Below are positions 37,567 through 47,767 of a stretch of 64,000 nucleotides of DNA, piece after piece (position 1 is the stretch's first letter; every line of letters begins with the position of its first letter). Location: contig JABIEQ010000014.1 of assembly GCA_018651085.1 (NCBI GenBank), positions 161,807 to 225,806 of the forward strand, written 5' to 3'. A model generated the notes under the pieces. The model saw only the letters and a list, made by a program, of their open reading frames with translations, was not told the origin of the DNA and made no database searches. Origin of the DNA: Candidatus Magasanikiibacteriota bacterium. GTDB taxonomy: Bacteria > Patescibacteriota > Patescibacteriia > Magasanikbacterales > UBA922. A program made the translations under genes and the position numbers.

Positions 37567-38382
37567 TCAATATAAAGATAGGATATCCCCTATTTCAGAT
37601 GTTTCAAATACTGCTATACCAAGCTGACTCAAGCGCCATAGCACACGAGAAGATGGATGCCCATAACTATTTTTTTTTCCTACAGAGATAACCCCTATAT
37701 GGGGAGAGACCGCTTTTAAAAAAGAAACAATAGAAGATGTTTGACTACCATGATGGCCAATATGCAAAATATCTGATGCAAGCTCACTACCGTACTGAAA
37801 TGCGAGATACTCTTCTAATTCTTCTTCCGCATCCCCTGTTATAAGAATATTTGTTCCTGACACAAAGAATTTCATAACAATAGATTCATTATTTTTTCCT
37901 TCAAAAAGAGAAGCATCTTGCCTCAAGGAATAATTTGGATACAAAAAAATAATTGACTCTTCTAAAAAAGACCATGTTTGATATTCTTCAATGATATACA
38001 TTTCAACATCTTTTTCTTCTAACGTATGAAGTAACACTTGCCACATAGCAGAATCACTTTGTGTTCCATTATACACAAAGGTTCCTACATCAAATCGATG
38101 AAGCACATCAATACACCCTCCATAATGATCAAGATCAAGATGCGTGACAATCACATAATCAATATATTTATCATAAAAAGGCATATGCCTCCCAAGTCCT
38201 TCAAGAACCGTAGCATCAATACCACAATCAACAAGAGCTTGTGTTCCATCCTCAAATGTAAACAAACTTGCATCCCCTTGCCCCACATCTAAAAAAACAA
38301 ACGGAGGGACAATACCATCAATAAAAAACACATACAACAATAAAACACAGATACATGAGAAAACAACATACCACTTTTTCAT
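37567..38382 (-). CDS. ComEC C-terminal metallo-beta-lactamase-domain protein.
   Basis: FLDVGQGDASLF and VIVTHLDLDHYGG motifs. Its start ATG overlaps the stop of the upstream ComEC gene (ATGA). Confidence 0.7.
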   Translation of the reverse strand: MKKWYVVFSCICVLLLYVFFIDGIVPPFVFLDVGQGDASLFTFEDGTQALVDCGIDATVLEGLGRHMPFYDKYIDYVIVTHLDLDHYGGCIDVLHRFDVGTFVYNGTQSDSAMWQVLLHTLEEKDVEMYIIEEYQTWSFLEESIIFLYPNYSLRQDASLFEGKNNESIVMKFFVSGTNILITGDAEEELEEYLAFQYGSELASDILHIGHHGSQTSSIVSFLKAVSPHIGVISVGKKNSYGHPSSRVLWRLSQLGIAVFETSEIGDILSLY

Positions 38383-39854
38383 ACTTTCATACACTTTTTC
38401 ATATATAAAAATAATGCACCATAACTTATAGGCACTATCCACCAAGGGACAAATATTTCAATTGAAGCAAATGGAACTGAGGCAAACCATTCAACGACAA
38501 AGACAATATACCGTAACCCAAACCAAGCAATGTATGAAATAACTTCAGCTAAAGGAAAAAATAAAAACGAAAGTACGGTTGATAAAAATCCAATCCCCAT
38601 GATAAAAGGGATAATCCATAACACTAATACATTCACAACGACAGACACAATAGATACTCTTCCAAACTGATACATAATAAGTGGCAGCGTAATAATGGTT
38701 GCCCCAATAGTAGATGTAATACTTTCTCGAATAGTGAACTTTTCAGAAAAAGACAAAAAATACGGTTCAATAAGTGGCACAAGATAAATGAGACCAACCG
38801 TTGCAAGAAAAGACAATTGAAACCCAGCATCCCACACTAAAATAAAGGGATTATGTACTGCCATGATAGTGGCAGTTAAGAGCATCACAAGCATTATCGG
38901 CACTTCCCTACGGTATTGTTTCCCAATAAGGGTAAGCACTCCCATAATTCCAGCTCGGACAACAGAAGCACTTGCTCCTGCAAACACCACAAACAGAAAA
39001 ATAGAAACAATAATAATAGAAAATGAGTGCTTTCGTAAAAAAGACACACGAGAACATGCTTGCAAACAAATTGCCGCAATAAGACTAATGTTATACCCAC
39101 TAATAGCGACAATGTGCGTTACTCCCGTAATACTAAACAACTCCTGCAAAGACCCCAATCCTCCTCTATACCCATAAAGTAATCCTGCCATGAAGCTTGC
39201 ATAGGGCTCATGCCACAAACGATTTACTTGATACGCAATATGATCTTTTACAAAAAAAATAGTTCGAAACAGAAAAAAGCCTTCACGACCATCATGACTA
39301 GATATTGTTGGAAACTCACATATACTAAACACACCAAAACGAGCAAGATACATATCATAACGAAACGTTTCAATTGGTTCAGGTGTTTTTAAATGACACG
39401 ATAGAGTAAGTTTTTCACCATACTCATATCTTGGATATAATCGCGTTTTAAAATACACCCGTCCGTATACAGCTTTATCATTAATTGATGTTACACGTAC
39501 AATATATCGGACACCATTAATTCGCACATCAGGTTCACTTACGACGTACCCATTAATTTCTTGTGTTGAATTGTTATATGAAAAAACATGAGAAAAAGAA
39601 GATAAAGGAAAAGCCACGATGTAACGAACACTCCCCAACAGAAAAAACAATACACATAGACACAAAAATCTCACCTGCTGACATCGCCAGAAAAAAACAA
39701 TCCATAGGGTAGTTGCAATGATGCCAACAAAAAGATATATAACAAATGGCTGCAGTTCAACAAGTGACGCAATAAATACCCCAAAAAGAAAGCAAAAACA
39801 AAACGCAAGAAGCGTTTTGTTTTTGGAATTGACCATGGACGTCAATGCATACAT
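38379..39854 (-). CDS. comEC: ComEC/Rec2 competence-domain membrane protein (DUF4131 plus competence domain).
   Basis: Polytopic protein. LLYGYRGGLGSLQELFSITGVTHIVAISGYNISLIAAI is the competence-domain signature. Confidence 0.75.
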   Translation of the reverse strand: MYALTSMVNSKNKTLLAFCFCFLFGVFIASLVELQPFVIYLFVGIIATTLWIVFFWRCQQVRFLCLCVLFFLLGSVRYIVAFPLSSFSHVFSYNNSTQEINGYVVSEPDVRINGVRYIVRVTSINDKAVYGRVYFKTRLYPRYEYGEKLTLSCHLKTPEPIETFRYDMYLARFGVFSICEFPTISSHDGREGFFLFRTIFFVKDHIAYQVNRLWHEPYASFMAGLLYGYRGGLGSLQELFSITGVTHIVAISGYNISLIAAICLQACSRVSFLRKHSFSIIIVSIFLFVVFAGASASVVRAGIMGVLTLIGKQYRREVPIMLVMLLTATIMAVHNPFILVWDAGFQLSFLATVGLIYLVPLIEPYFLSFSEKFTIRESITSTIGATIITLPLIMYQFGRVSIVSVVVNVLVLWIIPFIMGIGFLSTVLSFLFFPLAEVISYIAWFGLRYIVFVVEWFASVPFASIEIFVPWWIVPISYGALFLYMKKCMKV

Positions 39855-39943
39855 AGGAGGAAGATATCCTCACTGTATCAAAGACCTATCCACAGCACGA
39901 GAAAACAAGCAAAAAAGTATTGTTTTTAAATAAACACGTTAAT

Positions 39944-42334
39944 TTAAACAACAATACTCACAAGTTTTCCAGTAATATAAATAACTTTTTTAGGTTCATT
40001 TCCATCTAACCATTCAATAATTTTTTGACTACCAAGCGCTTGTACTTTTACTTCTTCTTCAGATAATGAAGAAGACAGATCAATCGTATCACGTACTTTT
40101 CCATTTACCTGAACAACAATGGTCATAGTATCGGTAACAAGCTTAGCCTCATCATATACAGGCCAATCAGCATGATGAATACTTCCTTCTCCATTAAACA
40201 CAGTATGATACAACTCTTCAGAAAGATACACAGCAAATGGGGCAAGAATTCTATTTAATCGTTCAAGCACAGAGTGTTGAATTTTTGGAGCTTTTGTTAA
40301 CGTATTTACCACAATCATCATTTCAGATACAGCCGTATTAAACCGAAACGCATCAATGTCTTCACCTACTTTTTTAATCGCCTTATGAATCAATACTTCT
40401 TGTTCTTCAATTACATCATTAACAAGCTCTTTTTTATAGAGTCGAGTATATCGTTGTAAAAATTTATATACTCCCTCAACACCTTGCGTATTCCACGCTG
40501 CTGACTGAGTAAATGGTCCAATAAACATTTCATACATGCGAAAACTATCAGCACCATATTTGACAATAACATCATCAGGATTAACGACATTGTTCCATCG
40601 TTTACTCATCTTTCGCCCATCTTCTGCCATGATGAGCCCTACATTAATAAGCTTATGAAATGGTTCTTTTGTTGAAACAACACCTTGATCAAATAAAAAC
40701 TTATGCCAAAAACGTGCATAGATTAAGTGCCGTGTTGCATGTTCTGTTCCACCTACATACAAATCCACGCCCTTATCCCCCATCCAATATTGTTCTTTTT
40801 TCTTATCAACAAGCGCTTCCTTATTTTTAGGATCAATGTACCGTAAATAATACCAACTACTCCCTGCCCATTGTGGCATAGTATTTGTTTCTCGTTTTCC
40901 ACCAGGAACAGTAACCCAATCAGTAATGCCCGCTAATGGTGACTCTCCTGTTCCAGTAGGTTCATATTGTTCGACGTCAGGAAGCATTACAGGAAGTTGA
41001 TCAATATCAACAACCTTTACGTTCCCATCATCAGTATGAACAAATGGAAACGGTTCGCCCCAATACCGTTGTCTTGCAAAAACCCAATCACGAAGTTTAT
41101 ATTGTACTTTTCTTACTCCTTTATCATTAGTTTCTAACCATTCAATGGCTTTTGAAATAGCGTCTTCTTTTGTAAGCCCATCAAGGAAATCAGAATGAAC
41201 CACAATCCCAGATCCAACGAATGGTCCTTCGTCTATATTACCACCAGAAACCACTTCTTTTATTGGTAAGTTAAACTTTTTAGCAAATACAAAATCACGT
41301 TCATCATGCGCTGGCACAGCCATAATAGCTCCTGTTCCATATCCCATCATCACGTAATCAGCAACCCAGACAGGAATTTCTTCTCCATTAATTGGATTAA
41401 TGGCAATAATTCCTTGAAGGGGTACTCCAGTTTTTTCTTTACCAACTTGACGATCAAGATCTGTTTTAGAACTTGATGCCTGCACATAAGCCTTCACGTC
41501 ATCAATATTTTCTATCCTCTCTTCAAGTGCATGAATCATCGGATGTTCTGGTGCCACAACCATGTATGTCGCTCCAAATAAGGTATCTGGTCGCGTAGTA
41601 AACACTGTTAATGGCTCAGGAACATCAATAATCCCAAATTGCACTTCAGCACCTTCACTTCGACCGATCCAATGTCGTTGCATATCCTTAATAGAATCTT
41701 CCCAATCTAACTCTTCAAGTCCTTCAAGAAGTCTATCAGCATATTTCGTAATTTTAATAACCCATTGTCGAAGGGGTTTCTTTTCAACAGTACTTCCACA
41801 TCGTTCACACACACCATCATCAAGATCTTCTAAAGCAAGCCCTGTCTTACATGTTGGGCACCAAATAATTGGTTCATGAACTTCTTCCATTAACCCAGCT
41901 TCAAACATTTTAGAAACACACCACTGTGTCCATTTATAATATTCTGGATCAGTGGTATTAATTTCTCGAGACCAATCAAAATTTAATCCAATATGTTGTA
42001 ACTGTGTTTTAAACACCTCTACATTTTTTTCTACAGCAACACGTGGGTGCACCTTATGTTTAATCGCATAATTTTCTGCAGGTAACCCAAAAGCATCCCA
42101 CCCCATTGGGTGAAGGACATTAAACCCTTTCATGCGTTTAAATCGAGAATAGATATCAGTCGCAATATACCCTTTTGGATGCCCTACATGAAGCCCAGCA
42201 CCACTTGGATACGGAAACATATCAAGGACGTATGACTTTGGTTTATCACTTGTGTCAGATACTGCATATACCCCATGTTCTTCCCAATATGCTTGCCAAC
42301 GAGATTCAATAGTTTTCGGATCGTACATGTCCAT
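39944..42334 (-). CDS. leuS: Leucyl-tRNA synthetase.
   Basis: HVGHPKGY (HIGH-like) and KMSKR motifs. Length 796 aa. Confidence 0.9.
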   Translation of the reverse strand: MDMYDPKTIESRWQAYWEEHGVYAVSDTSDKPKSYVLDMFPYPSGAGLHVGHPKGYIATDIYSRFKRMKGFNVLHPMGWDAFGLPAENYAIKHKVHPRVAVEKNVEVFKTQLQHIGLNFDWSREINTTDPEYYKWTQWCVSKMFEAGLMEEVHEPIIWCPTCKTGLALEDLDDGVCERCGSTVEKKPLRQWVIKITKYADRLLEGLEELDWEDSIKDMQRHWIGRSEGAEVQFGIIDVPEPLTVFTTRPDTLFGATYMVVAPEHPMIHALEERIENIDDVKAYVQASSSKTDLDRQVGKEKTGVPLQGIIAINPINGEEIPVWVADYVMMGYGTGAIMAVPAHDERDFVFAKKFNLPIKEVVSGGNIDEGPFVGSGIVVHSDFLDGLTKEDAISKAIEWLETNDKGVRKVQYKLRDWVFARQRYWGEPFPFVHTDDGNVKVVDIDQLPVMLPDVEQYEPTGTGESPLAGITDWVTVPGGKRETNTMPQWAGSSWYYLRYIDPKNKEALVDKKKEQYWMGDKGVDLYVGGTEHATRHLIYARFWHKFLFDQGVVSTKEPFHKLINVGLIMAEDGRKMSKRWNNVVNPDDVIVKYGADSFRMYEMFIGPFTQSAAWNTQGVEGVYKFLQRYTRLYKKELVNDVIEEQEVLIHKAIKKVGEDIDAFRFNTAVSEMMIVVNTLTKAPKIQHSVLERLNRILAPFAVYLSEELYHTVFNGEGSIHHADWPVYDEAKLVTDTMTIVVQVNGKVRDTIDLSSSLSEEEVKVQALGSQKIIEWLDGNEPKKVIYITGKLVSIVV

Positions 42335-42426
42335 AAAAGAATAATATAAATATAGGTTATCTTAGCCAATATTTGTAAATATTGCAAGAAAAAACAGCCC
42401 CATAAAAGGCTGTTTTTTTATATATC

Positions 42427-43671
42427 CTATACAACACTATGCCGATGCTCCATTGCGCTAGAAACTCGCTCTACAGCTAAAATAAATGCTGCAGTGCGCA
42501 TATCTACCTCATATGTCTCTTTTCTCTCCCATACAGCAGAGAACGCATTAACCATGATAGGACGAAGCTTCTCAAGTACTGCTTTTTCGCTCCAATAATA
42601 ATTCATAGCATTTTGTACCTGTTCAAAATAACTTACGGTAACTCCACCAGCATTAGATAAAATATCTGGACAAACAACAACGCCATTAGCATATAATATC
42701 TCATCTGCTTCAGGGGTTGTTGGACCATTAGCAAGCTCTACAATAATTTTTGCTTTCACCTCTTGAGCATTTTCTTTTGTTAACACATTTTCTAATGCCG
42801 CAGGAACCAAGACATCAACATCAAGAGTCAATATTTCTTCGTTTGTAATGCCTGTTGAATCAGGAAAATCAGATACACTTTTAGTATTTGCTTTATGTGC
42901 TTCAACAGCGGCAACATCCAACCCTTCCATATTTAAAATACCACCACGAGAATCACTAACAGCAATAACTTTATATCCTTGAGAAGATAATAGTTTTGCC
43001 ATAAAACTTCCTGCATTTCCAAATCCTTGAATAGCAACCGTCGTGTCATGTGGATGAAGTCCAAGTTTATTTGCAGCTTCGTTTAAGACATACACACCAC
43101 CTTGTGCTGTTGCAAAACCACGACCAGCAGAACCACCAATAGCTAATGGCTTCCCCGTAATAACACCAGGGACATGTTCCCCAACTAATGTTTCATATTC
43201 ATCCATCATCCATGCCATAATTTTTGGATTGGTATACACATCTGGTGCAGGCACATCTTGTGTTGGACCAATATATTTATACAGCCCTCTAATATACCCT
43301 CGACTTAATTGTTCTAATTCTCCTTCAGACAATTCTTTCGGGTTCACAATGACTCCTCCTTTTCCTCCTCCAAGAGGAATACCCACAGTTGCACATTTCA
43401 TAGTCATCCAAAAAGACAATGCCTTTACTTCATCAAGCGAGACATCAAAATGATATCGAATGCCCCCTTTGAAGGGACCTCGGGCATTATTATGTTGTGC
43501 ACGAAAACCCGTAAACACCTTTGTCGATCCATCATCCATTCTTACAGGGATAGAAATAGTCAAAATACGTTTGGGATGTTTTAGCACTTCATGAATAGAA
43601 GGATGAAGTTTCATAACAGACGCTGCCTTATCTAATTGAGAAAGCGCGTTAACAAATGGATTAGAAGACAT
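42427..43671 (-). CDS. gdhA: Glutamate dehydrogenase (Glu/Leu/Phe/Val dehydrogenase family).
   Basis: KGGIRYH...GIPLGGGKGG active-site region, plus Rossmann GFGNAG. Confidence 0.85.
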   Translation of the reverse strand: MSSNPFVNALSQLDKAASVMKLHPSIHEVLKHPKRILTISIPVRMDDGSTKVFTGFRAQHNNARGPFKGGIRYHFDVSLDEVKALSFWMTMKCATVGIPLGGGKGGVIVNPKELSEGELEQLSRGYIRGLYKYIGPTQDVPAPDVYTNPKIMAWMMDEYETLVGEHVPGVITGKPLAIGGSAGRGFATAQGGVYVLNEAANKLGLHPHDTTVAIQGFGNAGSFMAKLLSSQGYKVIAVSDSRGGILNMEGLDVAAVEAHKANTKSVSDFPDSTGITNEEILTLDVDVLVPAALENVLTKENAQEVKAKIIVELANGPTTPEADEILYANGVVVCPDILSNAGGVTVSYFEQVQNAMNYYWSEKAVLEKLRPIMVNAFSAVWERKETYEVDMRTAAFILAVERVSSAMEHRHSVV

Positions 43672-43759
43672 AATATATATAATTAAAGATAAATGTACCT
43701 TTTAGTGTACACACCTTTACAGATCCGTCAATATCCCCATAAAAAAAAGTATATATTAA

Positions 43760-43790
43760 AACAACCCCTGCTAGCATAGGGGTTGTTTTC
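43760..43790. terminator. Rho-independent terminator (symmetric; serves the trxA 3' end).
   Basis: aacaACCCCTgctagcatAGGGGTtgtttt. Confidence 0.6.
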
Positions 43791-43804
43791 ACGCGTGTGT
43801 GTAT

Positions 43805-43870
43805 TTATTTTTCAATTTTTTTTGACAATATTTATTTTTTGTTGTCTTTTTTCAATTTTTTTTGACAATA
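43805..43870. repeat. Tandem direct repeat: two copies of a roughly 24-nt unit, TTTTTCAATTTTTTTTGACAATAT.
   Basis: Read directly. Each copy contains TTGACAATAT. Confidence 0.5.
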
Positions 43871-43873
43871 TAA

Positions 43874-44200
43874 TTACGCAGTGTGTTTTTCAATAAACTC
43901 TTTCATCTTTTCTTTAGAAACCCCACCGACAAGTTGATCCACTTTCTTTCCGCCCTTAAACATTAAAAATGCAGGAATACTCAATACTTCATACTTCCCT
44001 GCTGCCATTTTATTTTCGTCAACATTAAGTTTTCCAATTTTTATTGTTCCTGCATCAAATTCAGTTGCAAGCTCATCAATCACTGGCCCCATCATCTGAC
44101 AAGGTCCACACCAAGGTGCCCAGAAATCAACAAGAACAGGTGCATCTGATTGCAATACTTCTCCTTCAAAATTTTGATCAGTTAATGTTACGTGTGCCAT
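43874..44200 (-). CDS. trxA: Thioredoxin.
   Basis: WAPWCGPCQ active site. The start is chosen at MAHVTLTDQNF. Confidence 0.85.
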   Translation of the reverse strand: MAHVTLTDQNFEGEVLQSDAPVLVDFWAPWCGPCQMMGPVIDELATEFDAGTIKIGKLNVDENKMAAGKYEVLSIPAFLMFKGGKKVDQLVGGVSKEKMKEFIEKHTA

Positions 44201-44210
44201 AATATAATAA

Positions 44211-46238
44211 TTATTCAAATACAATTTCTCGTACTTTTGATTCTTCAGTATAAATTTCAAGGACATCACCTTCTTCTACTTTTACAGCTCCTTCAAAACG
44301 CATACCACATTCTGTTCCACCTGGAACCTCTTTTACTTCTGATTTTCCACGCTGACAAGATATAATCTTACCAACACCAAGGATTTCACCATCACGCTTT
44401 ACTCGAGCAAAGGCACCTTTTTTCACCTTTCCTTCTTCAACGCGACCACCAATAATCATCACTTTTTTATCGGTTCTAAATATACCAAGAATTTTCACAT
44501 TTCCAACTTCTGTAACGATCTTTTCATCTTCTAGAAGTTTTCCTAATTCTTCTTTTGACCAGTTAATAATATCATAAATCACAGAGTGCCGCAAAAATGG
44601 AACATTTTTGTCTCGCATAGACTCTTCTGCAACTGACGTAGCATTCACATTAAACCCAATAACAGTGGCACCGGACGATTCGGCTTTTGCCACATCATTT
44701 TCATTAATATTTCCAAGTCCTTTTCCAACAATCTTTATTCCCACTTCATCATGTTTAATTCGTTGAAGTGATCCAATAACAGCTTCTAAAGACCCAAGCA
44801 CATCAGCCTTGATCACAATATTTAAAGTTTTCTTTCCTTCTTCATTTTCTCCCTCAGTTGATGTTTGTAAGACTGTTTGTTTTACCGCTCCAGTTTGTTG
44901 TGTTCGTTTTTGTTTCACGTCAATCTTAACAGCGCTACTAGCCTTTGATACATCTAAAATATCTCCAATATCTGGCGCAACTTTAAATCCAATAATTTGC
45001 ACCGGTGTTGATGGACCAACATTTTTCAATTCTTCTCCACGATCATTTCTCATTGCTCGAACATTTCCATATATTTCTCCATTTACAACAAGAGGATCCT
45101 TCTTACGAAGTGTTCCAGCTTGCACAAGAATAGTTGCAACAGGCCCCATATTTTTATCTACATGAGATTCAATGACTGTTCCAACAGCAGAAATAGTTTC
45201 ATCCGCTTGAATATGTTCTTCATTAATGTCAGCGACAAGAAGCAACGTATCAAGAAGTGTATCAATATGTAATTTTTCTTTTGCAGAAATCTCTACCATC
45301 GGAGCATCTCCACCCCATTCTTCTGGTTGCACTCCATGATTAGATAATTCTGTCTTTGTTTTCATGACATCAGCTGTTTCCTTATCAATCTTATTAATAG
45401 CAACAACAAACGGAAGCTTTGCCGCTTTCATAATTTGAATGGCTTCAATCGTTTGTGGTTTTACTCCGTCGTCAGCAGCAACAATCAAAATAGCAATATC
45501 AGCAACCTTTGCACCACGACTTCTCATCACAGTAAACGCTTCATGCCCCGGCGTATCAATAAATGTAATTGGTCGTTCTACTTTTGTTTTAGGATCTTTC
45601 CAAATCGTTTGGTACGCACCAATATGCTGCGTAATTCCTCCAGCTTCAGTATCAATAATATTTGCTTCACGAACAGTATCAAGCAACTTTGTTTTTCCGT
45701 GATCAACATGCCCCATAATAACAACGACAGGAGGGCGTGGTTTCATATGATCTCCTTGAGACAATGCTTCTTCAAGAGCACCAGAAAGCGCATTTTCACG
45801 TAAATCATCCACCGGACTTCCTTCGTCTTTTGATACAGTAAATCCAAGCTCTTCAGCCAAAATTGCAGCCGTCTCATAATCAACATTTTGATTTTGATTT
45901 GCAAGAACACCATTTTTCATGAATTCTGTAATCACTTGAACAACCGGAAGTTCTAACTTCTCTGCTAAATCACGAACCGTAAGAAGTGAAGGAAGCATTA
46001 CAGCATGTCCTTCTTCTCGACGAAGTTCTCGTTCTTTTAATTTACGCTCTTCAGCTTCTTTTCGACGTTTGACATCAAGGTCTCTTTTAATCCTTTTCCA
46101 TGCTTTCATGACCTGGGTAGCTGTCCGATCATCGATCTTAATAGCTTTTTTTCCAATATCAAAACCGTACTCAGGGAGTACGTCAAGGAGTTCTTTCGTA
46201 TTTATACGAAGCCTACGGGCTAATTCTGTGACGTTCAT
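44211..46238 (-). CDS. infB: Translation initiation factor IF-2.
   Basis: GTP-binding domain [14 protein letters not shown] and DTPGHEAF, plus conserved C-terminal domains. Confidence 0.9.
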   Translation of the reverse strand: MNVTELARRLRINTKELLDVLPEYGFDIGKKAIKIDDRTATQVMKAWKRIKRDLDVKRRKEAEERKLKERELRREEGHAVMLPSLLTVRDLAEKLELPVVQVITEFMKNGVLANQNQNVDYETAAILAEELGFTVSKDEGSPVDDLRENALSGALEEALSQGDHMKPRPPVVVIMGHVDHGKTKLLDTVREANIIDTEAGGITQHIGAYQTIWKDPKTKVERPITFIDTPGHEAFTVMRSRGAKVADIAILIVAADDGVKPQTIEAIQIMKAAKLPFVVAINKIDKETADVMKTKTELSNHGVQPEEWGGDAPMVEISAKEKLHIDTLLDTLLLVADINEEHIQADETISAVGTVIESHVDKNMGPVATILVQAGTLRKKDPLVVNGEIYGNVRAMRNDRGEELKNVGPSTPVQIIGFKVAPDIGDILDVSKASSAVKIDVKQKRTQQTGAVKQTVLQTSTEGENEEGKKTLNIVIKADVLGSLEAVIGSLQRIKHDEVGIKIVGKGLGNINENDVAKAESSGATVIGFNVNATSVAEESMRDKNVPFLRHSVIYDIINWSKEELGKLLEDEKIVTEVGNVKILGIFRTDKKVMIIGGRVEEGKVKKGAFARVKRDGEILGVGKIISCQRGKSEVKEVPGGTECGMRFEGAVKVEEGDVLEIYTEESKVREIVFE

Positions 46239-46305
46239 GGTAAATAATCGTATTTATAACTCGCTTATTATACTAAAATAAGCGAAAAATGTCAATTAAG
46301 AGCTA

Positions 46306-46950
46306 TCATTGTGATAAAAAGGACAAAAGGGCTGATACAGTCCTTCCTTCACCAATCTTTCCTGACTCACACATTCCTTTAATCTCATTAAATGGAACAA
46401 ATCGATATTCTTCTATTTCTTCCCCTTCGTCGTGGTCATGTACACCATGATGATCTATAACATTATTTGCCACAATATAATACAAATCCCACTTAACCGT
46501 TGCCCCACAGCCTTTTTTCATAAAAATACGCATGTCAGAAGATTCAAGCTGTGCTTCTTCTTGTAATTCCTTTGCTGCAGCAGCAAGAATAATATCTTTA
46601 TAAACTTCTGTAACAATATATGGCTTATACTCTTCAAATCGATCAAAAACCTTTCCTCCAGGAAGACGCCAATCAAATCCCTCAGTTTCAATTCGAAGTT
46701 CCTTTTGCAAATAAATAGCATTATCTTTTATTGCAATAATTCTTGTTCCTGGTGGACGAACAAATTTCTCAAATGTCATTGACACATACCCACTTCCTTT
46801 ATCTACCAAAACAGGATAATGCACAATGGCCCCAATCTTTCCTTCAGAGAATATATGATGATCCCCATTAGAAATGATTTTAGGTTCTCCCTCTTTTCTT
46901 TGTCGAATAATATCTAGCATACAATAAAAATACGCCCGTGATCCGGGCAT
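46306..46950 (-). CDS. NUDIX hydrolase (ADP-ribose pyrophosphatase-like).
   Basis: LPGGKV...AAAKELQEEAQL Nudix box. Confidence 0.6.
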   Translation of the reverse strand: MPGSRAYFYCMLDIIRQRKEGEPKIISNGDHHIFSEGKIGAIVHYPVLVDKGSGYVSMTFEKFVRPPGTRIIAIKDNAIYLQKELRIETEGFDWRLPGGKVFDRFEEYKPYIVTEVYKDIILAAAAKELQEEAQLESSDMRIFMKKGCGATVKWDLYYIVANNVIDHHGVHDHDEGEEIEEYRFVPFNEIKGMCESGKIGEGRTVSALLSFLSQ

Positions 46951-46955
46951 ATTTA

Positions 46956-47486
46956 CTATGAACTAAATTTTTTGTTATACAAATCTATTGATCGATTCAC
47001 CGCAAAAATAGCAGCATCACGCCCTTCAAACCCACTAATTGAAACCTCTACATTTTGTAACTGCTTATACGTTTCAAAGTAATGACGAAGGGTTTTTAAT
47101 TGATGCTGATTAAGATCAGAGATATCTTTAATATGAGTACACCGTGGATCATTAGCAGGAACACCAATGACTTTATCATCAGACTCTCCATCATCAATCA
47201 TATGCATAATAGCAACAGGTCTCACAGGAACAACAATACCAGGGTGAAGTGGCTCAGTTGTAATCACCATAACATCTAGTGCATCTCCATCATCCCAGAG
47301 TGTCTTTGGAGCAAATCCATAGTCAACAGGATAGGTCTGTGCGCTATACATGACACGATCAAGCATAATCAGCCCGGTATCTTTATCAATCTCATATTTA
47401 TTAAGTGACCCTCGTGGAATTTCTATAATACAGTTAAACTCATCTGGAACATTATCTCCAAGTGGTACATCATGCCAAAGGTTCAT
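46956..47486 (-). CDS. ppa: Inorganic pyrophosphatase.
   Basis: NCIIEIPRGSLNKYEID and DGDALDVMV motifs. Confidence 0.85.
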   Translation of the reverse strand: MNLWHDVPLGDNVPDEFNCIIEIPRGSLNKYEIDKDTGLIMLDRVMYSAQTYPVDYGFAPKTLWDDGDALDVMVITTEPLHPGIVVPVRPVAIMHMIDDGESDDKVIGVPANDPRCTHIKDISDLNQHQLKTLRHYFETYKQLQNVEVSISGFEGRDAAIFAVNRSIDLYNKKFSS

Positions 47487-47639
47487 ATAGTAATAATAAA
47501 ATAAATGACTGATTCCACCGTACTATGTTTTTAGGTAAAAATCAAGACCTCCATTAGATTGCCATAAAGAAATATTTTTGTTACCATCGGCAAGTAACTT
47601 TTTAGTTAAAGGAGGACATACAGCTGAATTTCCATATAT

Positions 47640-47692
47640 TCTGAGAGACAATGTATTTTATCATTACATGGTGCATTACATTGTCTCTCAGA
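47640..47692. repeat. Perfect 16-bp inverted-repeat hairpin (TCTGAGAGACAATGTA / TACATTGTCTCTCAGA) with a 21-nt loop, at the left boundary of GC-rich island 2.
   Basis: Read directly. Confidence 0.6.
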
Positions 47693-47767
47693 AAAATAGA
47701 CGGAACTGATCATTGAAGGGTAATAGCACCCTAAGAAAATCAAATTCCAAAAATTACGGAGGAAGCG

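Noticed and set aside
37567-39854. ComEC frameshift or pseudogene.
   Set aside because: The two ORFs meet at an exact ATGA start/stop overlap with a sensible MKKW... start and a TM helix for the MBL part. This is more consistent with two coupled genes than with a disrupted one. Read-level verification is still advisable.
39944-42334. Intein or intron in leuS or other large housekeeping genes.
   Set aside because: Lengths are canonical (LeuS 796 aa, IF-2 675 aa). No Hint/homing-endonuclease motifs were seen.
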